The notes beneath the pieces are model-generated. The model made no database searches. It was given only the letters and a program-made list of their open reading frames with translations, and was not told the DNA's origin. The translations under genes were made by a program, and so were the position numbers. From NCBI GenBank assembly GCA_965200215.1, contig OZ241369.1, positions 1,387,071 to 1,451,070 on the forward strand: 64,000 nucleotides of DNA, given 5' to 3'. The DNA is from Alphaproteobacteria bacterium. Lineage in GTDB: Bacteria > Pseudomonadota > Alphaproteobacteria > SP197. Of the stretch, positions 49,255 to 61,625 are shown one piece after another (positions within the stretch are counted from its first letter, which is position 1; every line of letters starts with the position of its first letter).

Positions 49255-49853
49255 TCGAAGGCCGGCCCGCCCTGCTGGTGGTCGACGTCATGGGCACCGG
49301 GCGTCCCGAGGACGACGATGGCGGCATCCCCAGCATGGGCGGCGGCGAGCAACGGGTGGACCGGACGATCCCCCTGATCGAGGCGGCGAAGGCGGCCGCC
49401 GTGCCGGTGATCTACATCGTCGAGATGCACCGGGCGGACGGGGTCGATTTCGGGCGCGAGCTCGACGGCAGCGAAGGCGTCCATCTGCTGGAAGGCCACC
49501 CCGGCACCCGCGTCCACATCCGCCTGCCCTATCGGGAAGGGGTGGACTATCTGGTGCCCAAGCGGCGCTATTCCGCCTTCTTCGGCACCGACCTGCTGAT
49601 CCTGCTGCGGGGGCTGAAGGTCGATACCGTGCTGCTGGTGGGCGGGCTGACCGATGTCTGCGTCCACTACACCTTCGTCGACGCCCATCAGCACGACTAT
49701 TACGCCCGCGTCGTCGAAGATTGCGTCGGCGGCTCCAGCTTCGCCGCCCACGAGGCCTCGCTGGCGGCCATGGAGTATCTGCAGACGGGCGCGCGCTGCT
49801 CCAGCCACAAGGCCATGGCGGCCTTCGCCGCGCTGGCCCGCAAGGCCGCCTGA
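49242..49853 (+). CDS. isochorismatase-family cysteine hydrolase
   Basis: ALLVVD, KRRYSAFFGTDL, GGLTDVCVHYT..DA. Confidence 0.92.
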   Translation: MARLIEGRPALLVVDVMGTGRPEDDDGGIPSMGGGEQRVDRTIPLIEAAKAAAVPVIYIVEMHRADGVDFGRELDGSEGVHLLEGHPGTRVHIRLPYREGVDYLVPKRRYSAFFGTDLLILLRGLKVDTVLLVGGLTDVCVHYTFVDAHQHDYYARVVEDCVGGSSFAAHEASLAAMEYLQTGARCSSHKAMAAFAALARKAA

Positions 49854-49869
49854 GCCGCGGGGCGCGGCC

Positions 49870-51567
49870 ATGACCGTCGCGGTCCCTCGCCAGGTGAAGG
49901 CCCAGCGCGGCAAGACGCTGCGCTGCAAGGGCTGGAAGCAGGAATCGCTGCTGCGGATGCTGGAAAACAACCTGGAAAACGCCGAGGACGCCTCGCGCCT
50001 GGTGGTCTATGGCGGCATCGGCAAGGCGGCGCGCAATTGGGAGAGCTTCCACGCCATCGTCGCCACGCTGAAGGAGCTGGAGGACGACGAGACGCTCGCG
50101 GTCCAGTCCGGCATGCCGGTGGCCGTCTTCAAGACCCACCGGCTGGCCCCCAGGGTGGTGATGGGGCTTTCCAACGTCATCCGCGCCGACTGGCCGATGT
50201 TTTACGACCTGATGGAGAAGAACCTCACCGCCTTCGCCTCCTACACCGCCGGCCCGTGGGAATATATCGGCAGCCAGGGGGTGGTCGAGGGCACCTTCGA
50301 GACCCTGGGGCGGATCGCCGACGAGCATTTCGACGGCTCGCTCGCAGGCCGGGTACTGTTTTCGGCCGGGCTCGGCGGCATGGGGCGTTCGCAGCCCTTC
50401 GCCATGACCCTTCACGGCGGGGTGAGCGTCGTCGTCGAAGTGCGCCCGGCGACCGTCCGCCAGCGGCTGGAGGCGGGCTATGCTGACGTCGAGGCGGCCG
50501 ACATGGCCGAGGCGATCCGCCTGGCCGGGGAGGCGAAGGCCGCCGGCCGCGCCCTGGGCATCGTCGTGGAAGGCAACATGGCCGAGGCGGTGGAAGAGGC
50601 GTTGGCCAGGGGCTGGCGGCCGGACATCGTGACCGAGATGTGCCCCTGCCACGATCCCTTCGCCCTGGTGCCGGCCGGCATGGGGCCGGGCCAGGCGGAG
50701 GGGCTGCTGAAGCGCGACCGGGCGCGCTATCTGGAGCTTTCGCGCGCCAGCATGAAGCGCATCCTGCGGGCCATGAACCGCTTCGTGGAAGCGGGGGCGG
50801 TGGTGTTCGAATACGGCACCTTCCTGCGCAAGGAATGCGTCGATGCCGGCGTCGCCCGCGAGGAGGCGTTCCGCTATCCGGGCGCCGTCGCCCGCTATAT
50901 CCGCCCCATGTTCGAAGAAGGGCGCGGCCCCTTCCGCTGGACCTGCATCTCCGGCGAGGCCGCCGACCGCGAGCGCCTGGACGAGCTGGCGCTTTCCCTC
51001 TTCCCCGACTGCCCCATCGTGGGGCGCTGGATTCCGCTGGCCCGCAAGACATTGCCTACCGAGGGGCTGCCGGCCCGGGTCTGCTTTCTGGGCTTTGGCC
51101 AGCGCCGCGCCTTCGCACTGGCGGCCAACCGGCTCATCGCCCAGGGCGAGGTCTGCGGCCCGGTCGCCTTCTCGCGCGATAACCTCGATTGCGGCTCCAT
51201 CGCCAACCCGGCCTTCGAGACCGAGGACATGAAGGACGGCTCCGACGCCATCTCCGACTGGCCCTATCTCAACGCGCTGCTGAACGTCGCCGCCATGGCC
51301 GATCTGGTCTCCATCCAGGCCAACGGCACCATGGGCGTCTCGGCCCATACCGGCGTCACCATGATCGCCGATGGCAGCGAGGAGGCGGCGTTGAGGCTCG
51401 ACGCCTGCATGGCGACCGACAGCGGCATCGGCATCGTCCGCTATGCCCAGTCCGGCTACGCCACGGCGCGCAGGGTCGCCGGCGGCGAAGGTCCGCTCAG
51501 CGACGACAGGATCGCCGTGCCGCTGTGGTGGCAGCCGCAGGCCACCTTCGGCCCGCCCGAAGCCTAG
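49870..51567 (+). CDS. urocanate hydratase family protein, divergent
   Basis: LRML.NNL, LVVYGG.GKAARNW, QSG.PV, YIGSQG, GLGGMG, GPFRW, GLPAR, DGSDA..DWP.LNALLN; several signature motifs altered. Confidence 0.88.
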   Translation: MTVAVPRQVKAQRGKTLRCKGWKQESLLRMLENNLENAEDASRLVVYGGIGKAARNWESFHAIVATLKELEDDETLAVQSGMPVAVFKTHRLAPRVVMGLSNVIRADWPMFYDLMEKNLTAFASYTAGPWEYIGSQGVVEGTFETLGRIADEHFDGSLAGRVLFSAGLGGMGRSQPFAMTLHGGVSVVVEVRPATVRQRLEAGYADVEAADMAEAIRLAGEAKAAGRALGIVVEGNMAEAVEEALARGWRPDIVTEMCPCHDPFALVPAGMGPGQAEGLLKRDRARYLELSRASMKRILRAMNRFVEAGAVVFEYGTFLRKECVDAGVAREEAFRYPGAVARYIRPMFEEGRGPFRWTCISGEAADRERLDELALSLFPDCPIVGRWIPLARKTLPTEGLPARVCFLGFGQRRAFALAANRLIAQGEVCGPVAFSRDNLDCGSIANPAFETEDMKDGSDAISDWPYLNALLNVAAMADLVSIQANGTMGVSAHTGVTMIADGSEEAALRLDACMATDSGIGIVRYAQSGYATARRVAGGEGPLSDDRIAVPLWWQPQATFGPPEA

Positions 51568-51989
51568 CCGGCATCGCCCGCCGCAGGGGCGGAGGCCGCC
51601 GCCAGCATCGCCCGCAGCCGCGACAGGCGGCTCTCGGCGCCCCGGCGGGCCTCGTCGTTCTCGGCGTCGCGCAGGTCGAGTTCGGCTTCGCGGATCGCCC
51701 GTTCGGTTTCGCCTGCATCGATGTCGGCCACCGGCGCCGCTTCCTCGGCCAGCACGGTGCAGCGCTCCGGCAGCACCTCGGCGAAGCCGCCGTCGACGAA
51801 CACCCGCTCCACGATGGCGCCGCCGTCGTGGATGGCGATGACCCCCGCCCGCAGGCTGGAAAGCAGCGGCGCATGGCCCGGCAGCACGCCGATGTCGCCG
51901 TCGCTGCCGGGGATCACCACCATGTCGAAGCGCTCGGAGATCAGCAGGCGCTCCGGACTCGCCAGCTCGAAAGCGATCTTGCCGGCCAT
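51564..51989 (-). CDS. atpC: ATP synthase F1 epsilon subunit
   Basis: FEL.SPE, PG..GD.GVLPGHAP, GGFAEV. Confidence 0.96.
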   Translation of the reverse strand: MAGKIAFELASPERLLISERFDMVVIPGSDGDIGVLPGHAPLLSSLRAGVIAIHDGGAIVERVFVDGGFAEVLPERCTVLAEEAAPVADIDAGETERAIREAELDLRDAENDEARRGAESRLSRLRAMLAAASAPAAGDAG

Positions 51990-52009
51990 GGCGGCGTCTC
52001 CCCGCCCGC

Positions 52010-53461
<1,452 letters not shown>

Positions 53462-54337
53462 TCAGAGCGCCTCGGCGCCCGACACGATTTCGGTGATTTC
53501 GGTGGTGATCGCGGCCTGGCGCGTGCGGTTGTAGAGCAGGTTGAGGCGATCGATCATGTCGCCGGCGTTGCGCGTAGCGCTGTCCATCGCCGTCATGCGC
53601 GCGGCGTGTTCGGATGCCCGGCTTTCCAGAAGGGAGCGAAAGACCTGCACGCCCAGATTGCGCGGCAGCAACCGTTCCAGGATGGCGAACTCGTCGGGCT
53701 CGAAGATGTAGGCCGCCCCGTGCAGCTCGGCGGCGGGGTCTTCGGCGGCAGGCTGGGGGATGAGGTCCTGCCAGGTGACGGCCTGGGCCATCACCGATAC
53801 AAAGCGGTTGTAGACCGCCTGGCAGACGTCGAACTCGCCGGCGGCGAAGCGCGCCGCGATCGTCTCCGCGATGGCGCTGGCCGTGCGGTGGGAGAAGTCC
53901 CTGTCGAGGCCGGATACGGTCTCGACGATGAGGTCGTCGAACTCGCGCCGCAGCATGTCGCGGCCCTTGCGGCCCAGGCACAGCAGCTTCGCCTCCCGCC
54001 CTTCCCCTTGCAGCCTGGCGATCCGCCGTCGGGCGGCCCGCACCGCATTGACGTTGAAGCTGCCGCACAGGCCGCGATCGGAGGTGACGACGACCAGCAG
54101 ATGCACCCGGTCGCCGCCCCTGCCGACCAGCAGCGGCGGCGCATCGGGGCGGCCGGCGAAGGCGCCGGCCAGCGAGGCCATCATGCGCTCCATGCGTTCG
54201 GCGTAGGCGCGGGCCCGTTCCGCCTCCTCCTGGGCGCGGCGCAGCCTGGCGGCCGCCACCATCTTCATGGCGCTGGTGATCTTGCGCGTCGAGCGGACGC
54301 TGTTGATGCGCGTGCGCAGCGCCTTGAGATTGGCCAT
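53462..54337 (-). CDS. atpG: ATP synthase F1 gamma subunit
   Basis: KITSAMKMVAA, SDRGLCG, RMTAMD.AT.NA, RQAAIT.E. Confidence 0.98.
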   Translation of the reverse strand: MANLKALRTRINSVRSTRKITSAMKMVAAARLRRAQEEAERARAYAERMERMMASLAGAFAGRPDAPPLLVGRGGDRVHLLVVVTSDRGLCGSFNVNAVRAARRRIARLQGEGREAKLLCLGRKGRDMLRREFDDLIVETVSGLDRDFSHRTASAIAETIAARFAAGEFDVCQAVYNRFVSVMAQAVTWQDLIPQPAAEDPAAELHGAAYIFEPDEFAILERLLPRNLGVQVFRSLLESRASEHAARMTAMDSATRNAGDMIDRLNLLYNRTRQAAITTEITEIVSGAEAL

Positions 54338-54349
54338 CGCCGGCCCCCG

Positions 54350-55882
54350 TCAGGCCGCGAAGGACGCGGTGAAGTCGTCCAGGAAGGCCTTGAGCCGGGC
54401 CGCCACCTCGTCGGCGAGATCGCCGCTAGAGCGGATCGCCTCCAGGATGTCGGCGCCCTTGTCGCGCAGCGCCTCCAGCATCCGGGCCTCGTAGCGGGTG
54501 GCGGCCCGGGGCGGCAGCCGGTCCAGATAGCCGTTGACGCCGGCGAAGATGGACGCCACCTGCTCTTCCACCGGCATGGGCTGGAACTGGCCCTGTTTCA
54601 GGAGCTCGGTCAGACGCTCGCCGCGCGCCAGCAGCCGCTGGGTGGAGGCGTCGAGGTCGGACGCGAACTGAGCGAAAGCCGCCATCTCGCGATACTGGGC
54701 GAGCTCCAGCTTGATGGTGCCGGCGACCTTCTTCATGGCCCTGGTCTGCGCCGCCGAACCCACCCGCGAGACCGAGATGCCGACATTGATGGCCGGCCGG
54801 ATGCCCTGATAGAAAAGCTCCGATTCCAGGAAAATCTGGCCGTCGGTGATCGAGATCACGTTGGTGGGGATATAGGCCGACACGTCGGAGGCCTGCGTTT
54901 CGACCACCGGCAGGGCGGTGAGCGAGCCACCGCCGAAATCGTCGCTCATCTTGGCGGCGCGCTCCAGCAGGCGCGAATGGAGATAGAAGACGTCGCCCGG
55001 ATAGGCCTCGCGGCCCGGCGGGCGGCGCAGCAGCAGCGACACCTGGCGGTAGGAGACGGCCTGTTTGGAGAGGTCGTCGTAAATGACCAGGGCGTGCATG
55101 CCGTTGTCGCGGAAATACTCGCCGATGGCGCAGCCGGCATAGGGTGCCAGAAACTGCATGGGCGCCGGGTCGGAGGCGGTGGCGGCGACGACGGTGGTGT
55201 AGGCCATGGCGCCGTTGTCCTCCAGCGCCTTGACGATCTGGGCGACGGTGGAACGCTTCTGCCCGATGGCGACATAGATGCAGTAGAGGCGCTTCTTCTC
55301 GTCGCCCGATTCCCAGTTCTGCTTCTGGTTCACGATGGTATCGACGGCGACCGCGGTCTTCCCCGTCTGACGGTCGCCGATGATGAGCTCGCGCTGGCCG
55401 CGCCCGATGGGGACCAGGGCGTCCAGGGCCTTCAGTCCGGTCTGCATCGGTTCGCTCACCGACCGGCGCGGGACGATGCCGGGCGCCTTGACCTCGATGC
55501 GGCGGCGCTCGCCGGCCGCGATGCCGCCCCTGCCGTCGATGGGGTTGCCCAGGGCATCGACGACCCGGCCCAGCAGCTCCTTGCCCACCGGCACATCGAC
55601 GATGGCGCCGGTGCGTTTGACGACGTCGCCTTCCAGAATGGCGCGGTCGCTGCCGAAGATCACGACGCCGACATTGTCGGCCTCCAGGTTCAACGCCATG
55701 CCCGGCACGCCGCCCGGAAACTCCACCATCTCGCCGGCCTGCACGTTGTCGAGGCCGTGGACGCGGGCGATGCCGTCGCCCACCGACAGCACGCGCCCGA
55801 TTTCGGCAACCTCCGCCTCGGTGCCGAAATTGGCGATCTGGTCCCTGATGATCGAAGAGATCTCGGCAGCGCGGATATCCAT
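54350..55882 (-). CDS. atpA: ATP synthase F1 alpha subunit
   Basis: [31 protein letters not shown]. Confidence 0.99.
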   Translation of the reverse strand: MDIRAAEISSIIRDQIANFGTEAEVAEIGRVLSVGDGIARVHGLDNVQAGEMVEFPGGVPGMALNLEADNVGVVIFGSDRAILEGDVVKRTGAIVDVPVGKELLGRVVDALGNPIDGRGGIAAGERRRIEVKAPGIVPRRSVSEPMQTGLKALDALVPIGRGQRELIIGDRQTGKTAVAVDTIVNQKQNWESGDEKKRLYCIYVAIGQKRSTVAQIVKALEDNGAMAYTTVVAATASDPAPMQFLAPYAGCAIGEYFRDNGMHALVIYDDLSKQAVSYRQVSLLLRRPPGREAYPGDVFYLHSRLLERAAKMSDDFGGGSLTALPVVETQASDVSAYIPTNVISITDGQIFLESELFYQGIRPAINVGISVSRVGSAAQTRAMKKVAGTIKLELAQYREMAAFAQFASDLDASTQRLLARGERLTELLKQGQFQPMPVEEQVASIFAGVNGYLDRLPPRAATRYEARMLEALRDKGADILEAIRSSGDLADEVAARLKAFLDDFTASFAA

Positions 55883-56442
55883 CAGCCAGCCCCTTTCATC
55901 GCAAGCTCGAGCCGTTGCAGTTTGGTGCGGATCGAGCCGTCGAGCATGCGCGAGCCGATGGCGACGATCAATCCGCCGACAAGGCCCGGATCGACGCTGG
56001 CCTCGATCGACACCTCGCGCCCGGCCGCCGCCTTCAGCGCCGCACGCAGCCGCTCCCTCTCCCCGTCGGTCAGCGCCCGGGCCGAGACCGCCTTCGCGGC
56101 CACCTCGCCGCGCCTGGCGGCCAGCAGGCGCAGATAATCGGCGGCGATGGCGGCGAGCGCGAACAGGCGCCGCCGCCGGGCCAGCAGCCCCACCGCCCTG
56201 GCGGTCAGGGGCCTCGCCTTCATGGCCTCCAGGACGGCGGCCATGGCGCGGCCCTGCTGCTGGCGCGAGAGCACCGGGCTCGCCACCAGGCGGGCGAGAT
56301 CGGCGGAGCGTTCCAGCGCCCGCGACAGGCTCCTCATGTCGCCCGCCACGGCGTCGAGCTCGCCCGCCTGGTCGGCGAGATCGAAGAGCGCGCGCGCATA
56401 ACGACCCGAAAGGCCCGTGACGGAACTGTCGCCATTGCCCAC
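55882..56442 (-). CDS. atpH: ATP synthase F1 delta subunit
   Basis: RYARALF, VDP.L.GG....IGS...D.S; GTG at 56442 after GAGGGG (alternative start 56460). Confidence 0.95.
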   Translation of the reverse strand: MGNGDSSVTGLSGRYARALFDLADQAGELDAVAGDMRSLSRALERSADLARLVASPVLSRQQQGRAMAAVLEAMKARPLTARAVGLLARRRRLFALAAIAADYLRLLAARRGEVAAKAVSARALTDGERERLRAALKAAAGREVSIEASVDPGLVGGLIVAIGSRMLDGSIRTKLQRLELAMKGAG

Positions 56443-56616
56443 GAAACGAAGGCCCCTCACCTCAGCTTGCCGGCGCCCGGGATGCGGGAGACACGCTCCC
56501 GGAGAGCGTGTCCCGGCGCGGGGGCGGTGGTATCACAGGGCGCGCCCCGGGGGCAACCCGTTCCGCCCGCAGCCGCCCATGCCGCAACGAGGCGAAGGAC
56601 GCGCCCGCCCTGCGCC

Positions 56617-58818
56617 TCACAGGAAGGTCAGCGGGTCGACGTCGACGCGCAGGCGCAGATCGCCCTTCGGCTTTGCCGTCGCCAGCCAGTGGCGCAGCGT
56701 CTCCTGCAGCGGCGCCCGGCGGCTGGCCTTCACCAGCAGCCGCCAGCGGTGGCGGCCGCGCAGCATGGCGAGGGGGGCGGGCGCCGGGCCGAAGGTGGCG
56801 ATGCCGTCGCCCTGGGGCGCGTTTTTGGCCAGGGCCTGGGCGAGGCGGCGGGTGCGCCCGGCGTCGGAGCCGCTCACCACCACCGCCGCCAGGCGGCCAT
56901 AGGGCGGCAGGCCGGCCCGGCAGCGGCTGTGCTTCTCGCGGGCCAGGAAGCCTTCGCGGTCGCCGGAAACCAGCGCCCGCATCACCGGATGGCGGACGTC
57001 GTAGGTCTGCAGCAGCACGCGGCCGGGTCGCCGCTCGCGCCCGGCGCGCCCCGCCACCTGGTGCAGCAGCTGCCAGGTGCGCTCCATGGCGCGGGGGTCG
57101 CCGCCTTCCAGGCCGAGATCGGCATCGACGACGCCGACTGCCGTCAGCAGCGGGAAATGGTGGCCCTTGGCGGCGATCTGGGTGCCGATCAGGATGTCGA
57201 TCTCGCGCCCGGCCATGCGCGCCACCAGCGCCGCCATGGCCGCAGGCCCGGCCAGCGTGTCGGAGGCCATGATCTCGCAGCGGGCGGCGGGGAAACGCAC
57301 CGCCACCTCCTCGGCCAGCCGCTCCACGCCCGGGCCGCAGGCGGCCAGCCGGCCCGCCACGCCGCAGGCGGGGCAGGTTTCGGGCGCGGGCACCCTCATG
57401 CCGCAATGGTGGCATTGCAGCGTGCCCAGCTGGCGATGCGCCACCAGCCAGGCGGTGCAATCGGGGCAGGCCAGACGGTGGCCGCAGGCCCGGCACAGGG
57501 TGAGCGGCGCATAGCCACGCCGGTTGAGATAGAGCAGCGCCTGCTCGCCGGCCGCCAGCGTCGCCGCCAGCACCCGCAGCAGCGGCGGCGACAGCCAGCT
57601 TCCGCGTCCCGGTCCGTGGCGGGTCATGTCCACGGCGGCGATCTCGGGCAGGGCGGCGCGGGCGTGGCGGTTGGGCAGGTGGAGGCGGCGATAACGCCCG
57701 CGGTCCACATTGGCCAGCGTCTCCAGCGACGGCGTCGCCGACGACAACACCGCCGGCACGCCTTCCAGGCTGGCCCGCAGCACCGCCATGTCGCGGGCGT
57801 GGTAGCAGACGCCGTCGTCCTGCTTGTAGGAGCCGTCGTGCTCCTCGTCCACGACGAGGAGCCCCAGCTCGCAAAACGGCAGGAACAGCGCCGAGCGCGC
57901 GCCCGCCACCGCCCGCACCTCGCCGGTGGCGACGCCGCGCCACACACGGGCCCGTTCGCGCGGCGAAAGGTCGGAATGCCAGGCGGCCGGGGGGGCGCCG
58001 AAGCGGGCCTCGAAGCGGGACAGGAACTGGACGCCCAGGGCGATCTCCGGCAGCAGCACCAGCACCTGCCGCCCGCGCCGCAACGCCGCCGCCACCGCCT
58101 CGAAATAGACCTCCGTCTTGCCCGAGCCGGGGACGCCCTCCAGCAGCAGCACCGCGAAGGCATCGGCGGCGACGGCGCCCACCAACGCCTCGGCCGCCGC
58201 CTGCTGCTCGCCGGAAAGGCGCGGCCCCGGCCGCTCGGGGCAGGGCGGCTGGAAGGCGGGCGGCGGCGCCAGCGCCACCTCTGCCAGACTGCCCGCCGCC
58301 GCCAGGCCCCTGACGACGGCGGCCGAGACGCCCGCCAGGGCGGCGATCTCGCCCGCCGGGCGCGCCAAGCCGTCGGCCATGAGCGCCAGCACCCGCTTCC
58401 TGGCCGGCGTCAGCCGCGCCGGCGGCGGCCCGGCCAGCCGCCAGGCGCGCAGCGGGCGCGGCGGCTCCAGGGCGGGCGTGTTCAGCGACAGGCGCAGCGC
58501 CTCGCCTTCCCTGCGCACCGTGTAGTCCGCCACCCGCGACAGAAAGGCGCGGAAGTTCGCCTTCAGCGGCGCAATGGGGCAGAGCGCGGCGATCTCGCGC
58601 AGCCTGGCGGGGGCGATGTCGCCGCCGGCCTCGCCCCAGACCACGCCCGTCGCCTGGCGCCCGCCCAGCGGCACGCGCACGATGCTGCCGGGGCCAAGCC
58701 GGCCCGCCAGCGGCGCCGGCACGGCGTAGTCGTAAGCGGGCAGCGGCAGCGGCAGCAGCACCCGCACGCTTTCGGGCCCGCCCTGCCGGGCCGGCGCGGT
58801 GGCGTGGTCGCGGGCCAT
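56617..58818 (-). CDS. priA: primosomal protein N'
   Basis: [28 protein letters not shown], four Cxx[21 protein letters not shown]. Confidence 0.97.
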   Translation of the reverse strand: MARDHATAPARQGGPESVRVLLPLPLPAYDYAVPAPLAGRLGPGSIVRVPLGGRQATGVVWGEAGGDIAPARLREIAALCPIAPLKANFRAFLSRVADYTVRREGEALRLSLNTPALEPPRPLRAWRLAGPPPARLTPARKRVLALMADGLARPAGEIAALAGVSAAVVRGLAAAGSLAEVALAPPPAFQPPCPERPGPRLSGEQQAAAEALVGAVAADAFAVLLLEGVPGSGKTEVYFEAVAAALRRGRQVLVLLPEIALGVQFLSRFEARFGAPPAAWHSDLSPRERARVWRGVATGEVRAVAGARSALFLPFCELGLLVVDEEHDGSYKQDDGVCYHARDMAVLRASLEGVPAVLSSATPSLETLANVDRGRYRRLHLPNRHARAALPEIAAVDMTRHGPGRGSWLSPPLLRVLAATLAAGEQALLYLNRRGYAPLTLCRACGHRLACPDCTAWLVAHRQLGTLQCHHCGMRVPAPETCPACGVAGRLAACGPGVERLAEEVAVRFPAARCEIMASDTLAGPAAMAALVARMAGREIDILIGTQIAAKGHHFPLLTAVGVVDADLGLEGGDPRAMERTWQLLHQVAGRAGRERRPGRVLLQTYDVRHPVMRALVSGDREGFLAREKHSRCRAGLPPYGRLAAVVVSGSDAGRTRRLAQALAKNAPQGDGIATFGPAPAPLAMLRGRHRWRLLVKASRRAPLQETLRHWLATAKPKGDLRLRVDVDPLTFL

Positions 58819-58881
58819 GGGCTACACTTTAGCCAGGGAACGGGAGCGCCCCAAACCGCCATGGGGGCGGCGGCACAGGCC

Positions 58882-59538
58882 ATGAAGTTTTTCATCGACA
58901 GCGCCGATGCCGGCGAGATCCGCGAGCTGGCCGCCACCGGCATGGTGGACGGCGTGACCACCAACCCCTCGCTGCTGGCGAAGACCGGGCGCCCCTTCGC
59001 CGCCGTGCTGGAGGAGATCTGCGCCGCCGTCGCCGGCCCGGTCAGCGCCGAGGCGGTGGCCGAAGACGAGGCGGCGATGCTGGCCGAAGGCCGCAAGCTG
59101 GCCTCGCTGGCGCCCAATATCGCCGTCAAGCTGCCGCTCACCTGGCCCGGCCTCAAGGCCTGCCGGGCGCTGGCCGACGAGGGCACGCCGGTCAACGTCA
59201 CCTTGTGCTTTTCCGCCAATCAGGCGCTGCTGGCGGCCAAGGCCGGGGCTGCCTTCGTGTCGCCCTTCGTCGGGCGCCTGGACGACATCGGCCATGACGG
59301 TATGGAACTGGTCTCCGAGATCAAGGAGATCTACGACAACTACCCCGCCTTTTCCACCGAGGTGCTGGCGGCCTCAATCCGCAGCCCCGCCCATCTGCGC
59401 CAGGCGGCGCTGGCGGGGGCCGATGTCGCCACCCTGCCGGCCGCCGTGCTGCGCAAACTCGCCGACCACGTGCTGACCGACAAGGGCCTGGCCGCCTTCC
59501 TGGCCGACTGGGGCAGGACCGGCCAGGCCATCCTGTGA
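58882..59538 (+). CDS. tal: transaldolase / fructose-6-phosphate aldolase family
   Basis: [43 protein letters not shown]. Confidence 0.93.
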   Translation: MKFFIDSADAGEIRELAATGMVDGVTTNPSLLAKTGRPFAAVLEEICAAVAGPVSAEAVAEDEAAMLAEGRKLASLAPNIAVKLPLTWPGLKACRALADEGTPVNVTLCFSANQALLAAKAGAAFVSPFVGRLDDIGHDGMELVSEIKEIYDNYPAFSTEVLAASIRSPAHLRQAALAGADVATLPAAVLRKLADHVLTDKGLAAFLADWGRTGQAIL

Positions 59539-59542
59539 AGCC

Positions 59543-60247
59543 ATGGCAGGCAAGGCCCGCGCCCTGGCCGGCGGCGAGGCGGCGGCCGAGGAGGTGGCGC
59601 GCTATCTGCGCCGCCATCCCGACTTTCTGGCCGCCCGCCCCGAACTGCTGGAGGCGATGGCTCCGCCCCGGCGCCGGCTGGGCGCCAATGTGGAGGACTG
59701 GCAGGCGCATCTGATCGAGCGCCTGCGCCGCGAGGCGGGGCGCCTCGCCCGGCAGCGCAGCGACCTGGTGGAGCGCGCGCGCCGCGACCGGTCGCTGCAG
59801 GATCGCGTCCACCGGGCGGCGCTGGCGGTGATCTCCGCTCCCTCGCTGGACCGGCTGGTGGAGATCGCCACCCTGGATATGGCGGCGCTGCTGGCCGTCG
59901 ATGTCGTGGCCCTGGCGGTGGAGACCGACCGCGCCGACGGCAGGGCGCGGCTTCGCTGCGGCGTGCGCTGCGTGCCGCCCGGCGCTCTGGCGCCGCTGAC
60001 GCCGCGCGCCGTCGTCCTGCGGGCACCGGCCGGCGGCGAGGAAGCGATCTTCGGCGGTGCCGGCGCCCTGGTCGCCAGCGAGGCGCTGGCGCGCTTCGGC
60101 GGGCGGGGCGGCCTGCCCCGCGGCGTACTGGCCCTGGGTTCGCGCGACGCCGCGCGCTTCCGGCCGGGCGATCCCACCGGCCTCTACCGCTTTCTCGCCG
60201 AAGCGCTGGAGCACGCCCTGGCGGCCCGGCTGGGGCTTTCGTGCTGA
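59543..60247 (+). CDS. DUF484 family protein
   Basis: V..YLR.HPDF...PELL, coiled coil, GAF-like C-terminus (LALGS....RF); canonical position before xerC. Confidence 0.88.
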   Translation: MAGKARALAGGEAAAEEVARYLRRHPDFLAARPELLEAMAPPRRRLGANVEDWQAHLIERLRREAGRLARQRSDLVERARRDRSLQDRVHRAALAVISAPSLDRLVEIATLDMAALLAVDVVALAVETDRADGRARLRCGVRCVPPGALAPLTPRAVVLRAPAGGEEAIFGGAGALVASEALARFGGRGGLPRGVLALGSRDAARFRPGDPTGLYRFLAEALEHALAARLGLSC

Positions 60248-61164
60248 CGGACGACGCCCTGGCGCGGGCGGCGGCGGGCTGGCAGCAGGCGCTGGCGGGC
60301 GAGCGGCGCGCCTCGGCCCACACCCTGGCCGCCTATCGCCGCGACCTGGCGGCCTTTCTGGGCTTCATGGGCGAGCACCGCGGCGAGCGGCCCTCCCTGG
60401 CGCTGCTGCAACGCCTGGGGCCGGGCGATTTCCGCGCCTGGCTGGCCAGGCGCATGACCGACGGCCTGGCCCGCGCATCGACGGCCCGCGCGCTGTCGGC
60501 GGTCAAGAGCTTCTTTCGCCATCTCGACCGGCGCGGGATTGCCTCCAACCCGGTCGTCGATGGCGTGCGGGCGCCCAAGCTGCCGCGCCGGGTGCCGCGA
60601 CCGCTGGCCCCCGACGAGGCGACCGACCTGCTGGCGCTGATCGACGAGACCGGCGAGGGGCCGCGCTGGCTGGCCCTGCGCGACCTGGCGCTGCTGATGC
60701 TGCTCTATGGCGCCGGCCTGCGCATCGGCGAGGCGCTGGCGCTGGAGGTGGGCCGGTTGCGGGCGGCCGGCGAGGCGCTGACCGTCGTCGGTAAGGGCGG
60801 CAAGGAGCGCATGGTGCCGCTGCTGCCGCGCCTGCGCGCCGCCATCGAAGCCTATCTGGAAGCCCGGCCCGACGGCGCGCCGGCGGTCAGCCCGCTGTTC
60901 ATCGGCGCGCGCGGCGGGCGGCTGGCGGCGGCGGTGGCGCAGCGCCGTTTCCGGGGATTGCGGGCCCGGCTCGGCCTGCCGGATAGCGCCACGCCGCACG
61001 CCATGCGCCACAGCTTCGCCACCCATCTGCTGGCCGGCGGCGCCGATTTGCGCACCATCCAGGAACTGCTGGGCCATGCCAGCCTTTCCACGACGCAACG
61101 CTATACGGAGGTGGACGCCGAAGGCCTGCTGGAAGTCTATCGCAAGGCTCACCCGCGGGCTTGA
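60241..61164 (+). CDS. xerC: tyrosine recombinase XerC
   Basis: S.HT..AY.RDL, YGAGLRI.E, GKG.KER, TPH..RHSFATH, LLGHA.L.TTQRY. Confidence 0.94.
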   Translation: MLTDDALARAAAGWQQALAGERRASAHTLAAYRRDLAAFLGFMGEHRGERPSLALLQRLGPGDFRAWLARRMTDGLARASTARALSAVKSFFRHLDRRGIASNPVVDGVRAPKLPRRVPRPLAPDEATDLLALIDETGEGPRWLALRDLALLMLLYGAGLRIGEALALEVGRLRAAGEALTVVGKGGKERMVPLLPRLRAAIEAYLEARPDGAPAVSPLFIGARGGRLAAAVAQRRFRGLRARLGLPDSATPHAMRHSFATHLLAGGADLRTIQELLGHASLSTTQRYTEVDAEGLLEVYRKAHPRA

Positions 61165-61242
61165 GTATCTCTATGCCGTGAACCCGGACATTGACTTGCC
61201 ACGCGGAGCGTGCCACGGCTGCTCTTCGAGGGAGCGAATACC

Positions 61243-61512
61243 ATAACCGACTTCGAAATCGCCAGCCTCACCCTCCAGGAAATGGCCGTCTGGGCCACCA
61301 TCGTCACGGCCGTCGCTACCGCCTGCATAGGAAGCTGGCAATGCCTTCTGATCGCAAAGGGTTTGCGGCTCATGGACAGCAGCAACAGGGAGCGTGCCGC
61401 CGTCGTGGACGAGCAACGCCGTGCCGATGAACGGCGCCACGAAGAAGCGATGACGGCCCTGACGGAGCTCATTCAGCGCACCTCCACCGCTCCCGCTCGT
61501 GGCGGCGACTAG
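61243..61512 (+). CDS. small hypothetical protein (TM helix + charged coiled coil); start uncertain
   Basis: GGGAG followed by ATA ACC GAC TTC (61243); in-frame ATG at 61282; hydrophobic segment then EQRRADERRHEEAMTAL. Confidence 0.55.
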   Translation: MTDFEIASLTLQEMAVWATIVTAVATACIGSWQCLLIAKGLRLMDSSNRERAAVVDEQRRADERRHEEAMTALTELIQRTSTAPARGGD

Positions 61513-61625
61513 CAACGTAAATTGTTGCAAGATCACCCACGGGCTCAGCGGCCGAAGCGTCTTATGATAAACTTCTCGCCCGCAGTGCAAACACCACACC
61601 AAACGCACAAGACACGGAGAATGAT

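Noticed and set aside
60241-61164. xerC as the integrase of the adjacent islet
   Set aside because: It has host-like GC and the canonical tal-DUF484-xerC context of the housekeeping gene; no att repeats were seen.
61545-61572. dif-like site next to xerC (TTATGATAAAC resembles the XerD arm)
   Set aside because: There is no XerC arm at the required 6-bp spacing; only a half match.
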